Source: Candidatus Krumholzibacteriia bacterium
Lineage (GTDB): Bacteria > Krumholzibacteriota > Krumholzibacteriia > JAJRXK01
Assembly: GCA_041484665.1 (NCBI GenBank)
Contig: JBGPIA010000016.1
Coordinates: 51,169 to 115,168 of the forward strand
Reading direction: 5' to 3'
Length of the DNA: 64,000 bases
Positions 46,753 through 55,500 of the stretch are shown piece by piece. Each line of letters starts with the position of its first letter. The first letter of the stretch is position 1. The position numbers and the translations under genes were made by a program. The notes beneath the pieces are model-generated. The model saw nothing but the letters and a program-made list of their open reading frames with translations. It ran no database searches and was not told the origin of the DNA.

Positions 46753-49590
46753 TCAACGCACGACGGTGATCCGCCGTCCAATCGCCTCACCCGTGCCCAG
46801 GAGGCGTATGAAGTATACGCCCGCGGGGACGGGGCGCCCGTTCCCATCGCGAAGGTCCCACGCGACGCTCGCCACCCCGGCCGGCTGAAGCGTGGCGCCG
46901 AGCAGGTCGCGGACGAGCCGCCCGCGCACGTCGTAGACGGCCAGTCGCACTGGCCCGGGACGGCCCACTTCGAAGCGCACGTTGGCCGCGGCGCTCGCGG
47001 GATTCGCTCCCACCATCCACAGCCGCGTCGCGACCTGCGGCGACACGACCGGAGCGTCGGTGCTCACGCTGGCGGGCGTGGATGACGGATCGCCCGGATC
47101 CGACCCCGCGTCGAGCTCGTCGCCGTCATGGTAGCCGTCCAGATCGCGGTCGATGCCCAGGCGCAGCTCGGTGCCCTTCACGACGCCGGTGAAGGTGAGC
47201 TCCGTGCCGGGGCCCGCCAGCGCTACCAGTGTCAACAAGGTCAATGGCGGTTCGGTCGCGCGGTCGGGCGTGTAGCCGCCGCCGCCCGCGTACGTCCAGC
47301 CGCGCGGCCGGCCGCTGGCGTCGCGCCCCTTGACGAACAGGCCGGCCTGACCTGCGTCGGACGCTGCCTGCAAGGTGGCGATGCGCGCCAGCCCTGCCGC
47401 CAGATTGAGGCCGTTCATGGTCCACTGCGCTCCGACCGCGGGCGGCGTTCCGCTGTCGAAGGCCTTGAGAAACACTGCGACATCGCGCCGGTCGTTGTCG
47501 TTGGCGAAGGTGAAGGCAGGGAACTGCAGGAACGAGAACAGATCGTCGACCGCGCCGTCGTGGGTGAAGCCGAAACCGCGCACGTTCGCGCTCGCAGTGT
47601 TGTCGAAGCGCGTCTTCTCGTACATGTTGCGCAGCTGCGGGACTTTCTTGCCCTCGTCCTCCTGCAGCAGATTCCCCGGGATGATCAGGCCATTCTCGCC
47701 GGTGGGCAGCACGTGGCAGGTCACGCACTGCGCGAGCCCCACCAGGTTGCCCGTCAAGAACAGCTGCTGGCCGTGCTGCGGATTAGCGCCATCAAGGCTG
47801 GCCGGCAGCGAGCCATCGAGCTGGCGGAAGGGGTTGGGCGCGTTGCGGACGCCGCCGATGAAGGCCGTGAAGAGCGCGAACTCGGCGGTGGTGAGCGGCG
47901 CGCCGCGCCCCATCAGATTCACGAACGCCGGATTGAAGTCCGCCAGCGAGCCACGGTCCCCACGCCAGTGCAGCGGCTCGGTCCCCAGGATCGCCTTGAG
48001 GCTCTGCGTGGTCATGGGGCCCTTCATGGGATGGAAGGCCGGCAGCCCCGCCAGCTGTCCCGGAGGCACGGGGATCATCTGCCCCTGCGGATTGCCCAGG
48101 TCCCACGCCAGGTTGTCCATGCTGGCGAACAGGTGGCACGTGCCGCAGGCGAGGTCGCCGTGGGCCGATGTGATCTCGCCGTCGTAGAGGAAGGCGCGGC
48201 CGTCGCGCACCTCCGGCGGCGTCGGATCGAATCCAAGGGGGAATTCCTCCGCGGAGTCGTTGGCCAGGTTCACGACCGAGAGGGTCGAGCTGAAGCGGTT
48301 CAGTACGTAGAGCCGGTTGCCGACCTCATCCAGCGCCAGGCCCGCTGGCCCGCCCCCCACGGGAATGCGCCGCACGACGTTGCCGGCGGCATCCAGCACC
48401 GCCAGCTTGCGCGAGCCGAAGGCCGCCACGTAGATCCGCCCGCTGGCGCCGATCGTGATGTCCAGCGGCAGCGCCAGGCTGAGGGCGCGCTCGCCGGCCG
48501 AGCCGCCCGGCACGGCGTAGTCGATGTGGCTGTTGAGATGCCGCGGCGTGACCAGCCCGCTTGCGGGGTCGATGATCGTGACGCGGCTCTGGACGAAGCG
48601 CCCGCGCAGGTTGGGCTCGAAGCGGATCTGGTTGAGGGCCTCCTGATTGGTCACGTAGAGCTGGCCGGTCAGCGGGTGCACGGCCACGTTGAACATCGCC
48701 GTGCCGGCGTCGTGGAAGCCGCGCGTGACCGACAGCGTCGCGGCGTTCAACTCGAGCACGTCGTTGTCCAGCAAGGTGTAGGGCACGACCGCGCTCCAGC
48801 TGTGACCCGTCTCGTCCACCCAGGCCGTGCCGTTGTGCCGCACGATCAAGCCCGTCCGCGGCGGGTTGGGCAGCGCAGGATTCTTGGGCGGATTGGGCGC
48901 AGGGGGGCCGCCGTTGGCCGTCACGACCGCCGCCGGAACGGTGGTCGTGCGATTGCCGCCCTCCAGCGCAGTGACGTAGACCTTGGTGCCGTCCAGCGAT
49001 ACGGCCAGCGCGCGCGGATCGCTCGTCTGCAGCGGGACCGTCGACGGAGCCGCAGCCAGATTGGCCGGATCGTAGACGCGGATCAGATCCTCCTGCGACA
49101 CGCAGACGAAGGCCCGCTGCGGGGATCCGGCGAAGACGACGTCGGTGGGCTCGTCGCCCACCAGCAGCGTGGCCCCGACGTTTCCCGTGCGCAGGTCGAC
49201 GATGCTGATGCTGTCGGAGACGTGGTTGACGACCCATGCCTCGTCATCGGTGCGCGCGCGCACCGTGACCGGCTCCAGGCCCACCGGGATCTCGGCGGTG
49301 CGCACCGGGCGAGCTCCGGTCAGGTTGAATACCACCAGCCGGTGGTCGGCGGTGTGGACGGCGAGCAGGCGTTGCTTGTTGGGCGTGAGGTCCACCGGAT
49401 GGACCGGCGCACTCTCGAACTGGATGGAGTCCGCGGCCGCCGGTCGCAGGGCCCACGCGGGCAGCAGCAGCGCCAGCAGCAGCGCGCGGGTGAGCAGCAC
49501 CGCCCGGGCCGCAAGCGCAGCCGTGGCAGATGTCGGCCGGGCGGCGCGGGGAGCGCGCCTGGGCGGATGGAGGCGATGGAACCGTGCCAT
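46753..49590 (-). CDS. Secreted YVTN beta-propeller plus di-heme cytochrome c protein with FlgD-Ig tail
   Basis: Propeller repeats (IPVGLEP, WVVNHVSDSISIV, LYVLNRFS). CGTCH and CVTCH heme motifs, KVPQLRN and GFTHDG. Tail is VYDVRGR...WD...AGVYF. Confidence 0.85.
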   Translation of the reverse strand: MARFHRLHPPRRAPRAARPTSATAALAARAVLLTRALLLALLLPAWALRPAAADSIQFESAPVHPVDLTPNKQRLLAVHTADHRLVVFNLTGARPVRTAEIPVGLEPVTVRARTDDEAWVVNHVSDSISIVDLRTGNVGATLLVGDEPTDVVFAGSPQRAFVCVSQEDLIRVYDPANLAAAPSTVPLQTSDPRALAVSLDGTKVYVTALEGGNRTTTVPAAVVTANGGPPAPNPPKNPALPNPPRTGLIVRHNGTAWVDETGHSWSAVVPYTLLDNDVLELNAATLSVTRGFHDAGTAMFNVAVHPLTGQLYVTNQEALNQIRFEPNLRGRFVQSRVTIIDPASGLVTPRHLNSHIDYAVPGGSAGERALSLALPLDITIGASGRIYVAAFGSRKLAVLDAAGNVVRRIPVGGGPAGLALDEVGNRLYVLNRFSSTLSVVNLANDSAEEFPLGFDPTPPEVRDGRAFLYDGEITSAHGDLACGTCHLFASMDNLAWDLGNPQGQMIPVPPGQLAGLPAFHPMKGPMTTQSLKAILGTEPLHWRGDRGSLADFNPAFVNLMGRGAPLTTAEFALFTAFIGGVRNAPNPFRQLDGSLPASLDGANPQHGQQLFLTGNLVGLAQCVTCHVLPTGENGLIIPGNLLQEDEGKKVPQLRNMYEKTRFDNTASANVRGFGFTHDGAVDDLFSFLQFPAFTFANDNDRRDVAVFLKAFDSGTPPAVGAQWTMNGLNLAAGLARIATLQAASDAGQAGLFVKGRDASGRPRGWTYAGGGGYTPDRATEPPLTLLTLVALAGPGTELTFTGVVKGTELRLGIDRDLDGYHDGDELDAGSDPGDPSSTPASVSTDAPVVSPQVATRLWMVGANPASAAANVRFEVGRPGPVRLAVYDVRGRLVRDLLGATLQPAGVASVAWDLRDGNGRPVPAGVYFIRLLGTGEAIGRRITVVR

Positions 49591-49718
49591 GAGCCGATCT
49601 CCTGGGGGGGCAGGATCCTAGGATGGCAAAAGGCGCCGCAGACGTACCCGGGTGGTGCCCGGGAGGAGGGGGGGGAGCGAGGATGAGTTTATCCCTATGC
49701 CGGCTGCAGTGTAAAGGC

Positions 49719-49791
49719 GGCCGGCGGCTCCCTCAGCAGGGCCGGCGGCTTCCTCAGCGGGGCCGGCGGCTTCCTCAGCGGGGCCGGCGGC
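49719..49791. repeat. 3.5 x 21-bp tandem repeat, intergenic
   Basis: ggccggcggc(tc/tt)cctcagc(a/g)g x3 plus a partial copy. Confidence 0.9.
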
Positions 49792-49836
49792 CCGGCGGGC
49801 CCAATCCCTAGGAACGGGCCCGCCGAAGAGCCAGCC

Positions 49837-50148
49837 TCACTGCCCCGAGCCACCCCCCTCGAACTCTGGCAGGCGCTCGCGCGGGCAGCCGCACGAGAGC
49901 GCCTGCCCGCCGCAGGCCGGGCAGCGCTCCACGTCGCAGCTGGGCACGTGGAGCATACCCTTGATCACGCCGCAGTCGTGGCAGTTGCGCGTATCCGCCA
50001 TCCAGTCCTCGCGCTCGTCGCCATAGCGGATGCGGCGGTGCTGCCGCCCCACGATCACGTAGTGCTCGACGGCCTGGGCAGCGCGGATCTTGTCGGGCCA
50101 GTCCTCGGTCATTTCGTGATCGAGGTAGTGGACGAATTTCTTCGCCAT
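49837..50148 (-). CDS. Small Cys-rich putative metal-binding protein (103 aa)
   Basis: GAGGAG RBS. CHDC...H...[18 protein letters not shown]. Confidence 0.75.
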   Translation of the reverse strand: MAKKFVHYLDHEMTEDWPDKIRAAQAVEHYVIVGRQHRRIRYGDEREDWMADTRNCHDCGVIKGMLHVPSCDVERCPACGGQALSCGCPRERLPEFEGGGSGQ

Positions 50149-50442
50149 GAAGGGCTCCTCGCATTCCGATTGCGGGAGGCGCGGGCAGGGAGGCGAACGT
50201 GGCGGGAGGCGCGGGTCGCAGGAGACGGAAGGCGCGGGAAACGTCGCCAAAGGCGCGACGGAGATGCTAGCGCCGCGCGGGCCAGCTCGCCAGGGGGCGA
50301 GCGCGGGAGAGAGGAGGGAGGAACTCGCCGATTGAAGATCCCGGACTCGATGGATGCGATCTTCTATGGATGCAATCTCCTGTAGAGAGCAAGCCTTTCC
50401 ATCTCCAGCAATCGCGAAGCTCAATCGGACGGCGGCCTCGCG

Positions 50443-51429
50443 CTACTCCTCCGCCACGCCGCCCGTGCGCGCCAGCTGGTCGGCCTTCACCTTCGCCACG
50501 TCGAAGCGCTTGGCCGCCGCCAGCATCGTATCGATGGTCTCGTCGAAACCGGCCTTGGCGCCACGCTGGAAGCGCAGCGGGTTGATGCGTGCCACGATGA
50601 ACGCCTTGAGATACGGGCTCTCGAAGCCGCGAGCCTTGAGCGCGCCAACGGCCTCGTTCACGGCGGCGTTGAGCTCCAGCAGGCGAGCGGCGCGCTCGCG
50701 GCGCGTCTGCAGGGCGGCGGGAAGCTTGCTGCCGAGGAACTTCTCCACGCGTTTGAGCACCGGGTGGTACGCTCCGCCCGCGAAGCGGCCGTCCTGTTGG
50801 TAGCAGGCGCCCAAGGTGAGCAGGGAGGGCTCCTCGAACTCGGCCTCGAATTCCTTCTCGGGGCGGTCGTCGAGCGTTGCGAGCCCCTCGGCCAGCCGGA
50901 TCACCTCCAGCGCGCGCTCGCGCAGGTTGTGGGCCTTTTCGGTGTTCAGCAGCAGGATGCGATGCGCCACCTCCGGATCGGGGACGACCAGCGCCACCAC
51001 CGATTTCGCGCCCAGGAGCCGCAGCGCGGCCAGTCGATGGTGTCCGTTGGGCGTCCAGTAGCGGCCGTCCTCGGTGCGAACGGCGATCACCGGATCGAGG
51101 AAGCGGCCGAGGCGGTCGATCGCCTTCGCCAGCCGCTCGACGTGCGCCTCGGAGAGGTTGCGCTGGTAGGGCGTCGGCTCGACGCGCCCGATGGGCAGCC
51201 CGGCGAAGAGCTGCCACGCCCCGCCCAGCGGGTCGCGGTAGGTCCCCAGCACGACGCCGCCATCGGCCACGATCGCGGCGCAGAGCTGCTCCACGGCGGC
51301 CGGCGGCGCGGTCGTAGCAAGGCGATCGGCGGCCAGGCCGCGCGACTGGGGCTCGGCGCCCTTCTTCTTCTTGCGTGAGACGCGCGGCTTTGGCGCGCTT
51401 TTGCCGGCAGCGGAATCTGACTTCGCCAT
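50443..51429 (-). CDS. ParB/sulfiredoxin N-terminal domain protein
   Basis: PTPYQR...LDPVIAV...PNGHHRLAAL (GxxR motif), followed by LNTEK. Confidence 0.85.
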   Translation of the reverse strand: MAKSDSAAGKSAPKPRVSRKKKKGAEPQSRGLAADRLATTAPPAAVEQLCAAIVADGGVVLGTYRDPLGGAWQLFAGLPIGRVEPTPYQRNLSEAHVERLAKAIDRLGRFLDPVIAVRTEDGRYWTPNGHHRLAALRLLGAKSVVALVVPDPEVAHRILLLNTEKAHNLRERALEVIRLAEGLATLDDRPEKEFEAEFEEPSLLTLGACYQQDGRFAGGAYHPVLKRVEKFLGSKLPAALQTRRERAARLLELNAAVNEAVGALKARGFESPYLKAFIVARINPLRFQRGAKAGFDETIDTMLAAAKRFDVAKVKADQLARTGGVAEE

Positions 51430-51665
51430 GCCCGACTCCCAGCTCTGTGAATGTGACCCGTGAGCGTCCGAGTGTAATCCCGACGGCGCTGCGTGGAGGA
51501 AGCGGAATGTTTCCGGCTCGCCATGCGGCTTGTGCGGGCCGGGGGCGGGGGCCAGATATCGCGCGGGGGGCTGAGCTTCGCTCTTGCGGCGGCAGCAGAA
51601 CGGCGGCTAGCTTGTCGGCCATGCGCCGTCGCCCTCTGCGCCCGAGCATTCTGGCTCCATGCTCG

Positions 51666-52556
51666 ATGAAATCGCTCGTGCTCGTGCTCGCGCCGGGGTT
51701 CGCGCTGGCGTTGGGGCTGGCCGTGGTGCTGGGTGTCGCGCTGCACGCCAGTCCCGCACGTGCCGGCGGCGATTCCTCCGGGCAGCTCGCCACTGAGGTC
51801 GCCTCGGCCTTCGGCCTCTACAACCGTTACTCGGCGACGCAGCTGCCCACCCTCACGTCGGAGCAGTTCAAGGACCTCCTGAAGGGCAAGGTGGTGAAGA
51901 TCCGGCGCGGGCACACCACACCCCCACCAGGCCTTCCCGCCGGTGAGCGGGCCGAGCGCGTCTACGGCATGATGATCTTCGAGCAGCCGCGCGCGAACGT
52001 ATGGATCGCTGCGATGGACCCGCACTACGTGACGCTGTCGATCCTCAAGGAGCTCCGCCTGGCCAGCGATTCCGACGGCGGCTGCGTCTGGTACCAGCAC
52101 CTCAAGCTGCCCTGGCCCATCTCTGACCGTCACTGGACGATCGCCTTGGGCAGGACGCCGGCCCTGACCGACTCCACGGGCGGCGTGGTCTGGGAGCAGC
52201 GCTGGCGCCTCGCCGACAACGGTCTGCAACTGGGTCTGGAGGCGGTCACGGCAGGGCGCGTCCCGGGACTCACGCTCGAGGTGGCGCAGAAGTCGGTCTA
52301 CACGCCGGTCAACGAGGGCTCCTGGACGGCGTTCACACTGTCGGAGGACCGGACGCTGCTGGTCTACTACGTGAGCTCGTCCGTTGGCGGATCGATCTCC
52401 GACGATATCGTGGCCGACTTCGCCACCGCCACCCTCGACAAGCTGTTCAAGGTGCTCACCGAGCGCGGCGCGACGATCGCCTCTCATTATATTGAGGGCC
52501 ACGAGCCGCTGTTCGGAGGCGACGGCAAGCCGATCCCGCCCTCGGCCGTGCGGTAG
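51666..52556 (+). CDS. Secreted START/SRPBCC-like lipid-binding protein
   Basis: Signal peptide ending ARA-G. YQHLKLPWPISDR, NEGSW and GGSIS are START-like motifs. Confidence 0.65.
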   Translation: MKSLVLVLAPGFALALGLAVVLGVALHASPARAGGDSSGQLATEVASAFGLYNRYSATQLPTLTSEQFKDLLKGKVVKIRRGHTTPPPGLPAGERAERVYGMMIFEQPRANVWIAAMDPHYVTLSILKELRLASDSDGGCVWYQHLKLPWPISDRHWTIALGRTPALTDSTGGVVWEQRWRLADNGLQLGLEAVTAGRVPGLTLEVAQKSVYTPVNEGSWTAFTLSEDRTLLVYYVSSSVGGSISDDIVADFATATLDKLFKVLTERGATIASHYIEGHEPLFGGDGKPIPPSAVR

Positions 52557-52589
52557 CCCTTCGGCCGCCCGCGCGAGCGGCCGCCCAGC

Positions 52590-55500
52590 TCATTTCAACA
52601 GCACGAGTCGTTGCGGCTCGCCGACCTCACGATCATCCAACGCAAGCCGCGCGAAGTAGACCCCGCTGGCCACGCGCCGCCCACCCCCGTCCTGCCCGGT
52701 CCAGACGGCTTCGTGCGCACCCGTTTCCAACCGCACGCCGCCCACCAGCTCGGCCACCCGCCGCCCTCGCACGTCGTAGAGCGTCAAGCTGACCTTGCCC
52801 GCCACCGCCAACTCGAAGCGGAGCGTCGTGGCCGGATTGAAGGGGTTCGGGACCGGAGGTAGCAGCCGAGTCACGAGCGGAGCGGGCGGGGATTGCGCCC
52901 CCGTCGCCACGGTGGCGCACGGTGGCCCCGCCACGCCGATGTTCTGGCCGCAACGCGCCGCCAGCGGCGCGAGCGGCGATCCATTCGGGTATGCGTAGTT
53001 GAGCGCGAGCGGCTGGCAGAACAACGGGTCCGCCACCACCACGTTCACCGTGTCGATCCCGCCCGCCGCCATGTTGAACCACTCCGGGTGGCCGAACATG
53101 TCCCCGCAGCCAAACGAGATGTGGCCCGTGCTCCCGCCGCCCTCGGCTTTCAGTGGCGCACCCTGCAAATCGTTGGTGATGGCGGAGTAGGATAGGCTCA
53201 CCACTCCACCAGCACTGTGCACCACTCCCATCCCGGTCGTGGACGAACTGTTGCGATCGAGGACGCAGCTCTGCACGTTCGTGCTGCCCCCGGCGGCGAA
53301 CAGGGCCCCGCCGCGCTGCGCCGCGGTGTTGAGCACGAAGAGCGAGGTGCCGAACTGAGGGGAGCCCGCAGTCACCGCGACGGCCCCGCCGTCGATGCTG
53401 CTGCTGTTCTTGTAGAAGAAGCAACCGACAAACGTTGGATTCCCGCTCACCACTGCAACGGCTCCGCCCTGGGTGCTGGCCCGGTTCTGCTCGAATCGAA
53501 CGTTGCGCACGGTCGGGCTCGCGTTGGTCACGAGCAACCCGCCACCTTGCGGCGCGTTGCCATTCTTGACGGTCAGCCCGGCGAGCACTGCGGTGGGTCC
53601 GACTCCGGTCGCGCTCACGATGGGAACCGCGCCCACGCCGGTCACGATCACCTGAGCCGGGTTGACCGCGGCGCCGCGGACCTCGACGCCGTCCTTCAAA
53701 GCGAACGACCCGGGATAGGTGCCGGCGTTGACCAGCACGCGTGTCCCGGCGCCCACGGCTGCGAGCGCCGCGGCGATCGTCGTGTAGTTGCCGGCGCCGG
53801 TGGCGTCGACCACGACCTGGGTCACTGCGGGGTCGCGGTTGGGCAAGCCGGGCGTGTGCGGGCCGTACTTGAGCGTGGTGCCGCCCCCGCAATCCGCCCA
53901 ATTCGCGCCTTGCGCTCCCAGGAAGACGGCAAGCCCGTCCGGCACGCGGCACAACGCGTCGTTGGGCGCGCTGGGGGGAGGACCGCCGGTCCAGCCCAAT
54001 TGATCCACGCGCTGGTACTGGCCGCTGGCGGTGACCTTGTACAGGTACAGCAGGGGGTTGGTCAGATTCTGGGTGAACGAGCCCGCCGCGTTCTGCTGCA
54101 ACGACAGCAGCTGGCCGGGCGCGAGCTGCAGCTGGGCGGACAGCGTGGTCAGAAACCCCACGCCGTCGCTGATGGCGAACTGGTCGAGGACCACGGCGCT
54201 GCCCAGCGGGTTGTACAGTTCGATGTAGTCGCCACCCGAGTTGCTGCCGGTGAAGACCTCGTTCATGACGATGGAGTGGCCCAGATCGGGCAAAGGAACG
54301 GTGTTGGTCACCCCAAAGGTGGCCGGGCCCGTCTCGAAGCTGGTGGCGTTGGGGTCGCTGGCTTTCGTCCCCTCCACGCGGCTGATGCTGAAGCCTGGCG
54401 GAACGGCTGGCGCCCCTCCTGCCGTTCCGTACGCCACGATATCCAGGACATAGTTCGACCCGACCGGGGGCAGCAGCGCCAGGGTGCCCCCCGCCTCCGG
54501 CAGGTCGATAAAGCTGAGCGTGCGCACGAAGAGCGCGCCGGGCACAACCGACCCCGAGAGCACCTCCTCGTCGGGGACGGGCGCGCCCGGTCCATTGCTG
54601 AGCCGGAACCCGGTCAGGTCGATGGACGCGCTTGCGAGATTGCGGATCTCCACCATCTCGCCCACCTTCGCTGCGTTCGCTTTGGCTGCACCTGCGGCCG
54701 CCCCGCTATTCCCGCTCGAGGTTACCGGCTGGCGCTTGGGACTGATGGCGGTGCTGAACTCGTTGATCAGCAGATCCGGATGGGATACGACGGGACCGGC
54801 GTAGAGAATGTCCGTAATGACGCCACCGGCCCCGACAACACGTAGAGCGTAGTAGTAGTCGGTGAAGTTCGTCGCGGTTGCGTCGATGAATTGCTTCGGA
54901 GCCCCCTCTGCGACCGTGCCCAACGGCAGCAGGCCAGAATTGACCAGCGTGCAGGGGTCGGTCGCGCGCACGATCCGGTATTCTGTCGTTCCGACGGGGG
55001 CCGTGTAGGTACTCCAGTCCACGCGGATTCGTCCGCCGGCGTCGTGGTCGACGTCCGCAAGAGTCAGCTGCAACGACGGGGTGATGCATGCCGCGTTGGT
55101 GCTGATCCCGGCGATGTAACTCGCGGGCAGCCCACTCATGCTCGTGAACGCCCCGCCTGCATACATCACGCCACCGCTCAAAGCCAACGTGTTCACGTCG
55201 GTGTTGGGGTTCGGATTCCAGGAGGTCGCTGCACCGGTCGTCGCGTCCAGTGCAGCGAGGTGGCTGCGTAGTTGCCCGCCGATGTTCGTGAACCATCCGC
55301 CCGCGTACACTGTTCCGCCGCTCAAAGCGAGCGCGATCACGTCGAGGTCGGCGTTCGGATCCCAGCCCGTGACCGCGCCGGTCGTCCCATCGAGCGCCGC
55401 AATGTGATTGCGTGTCAGCACGCCCATGGTGAAGAAATCCCCGCCCACATACACCGTCCCACCGCTGATCGCCATCGCGTCGACCTCGCCGTCCGCGTTC

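Noticed and set aside
49719..49791. Possible mini-CRISPR or iteron array
   Set aside because: The units are contiguous with no spacers, and no rep or cas gene is nearby.
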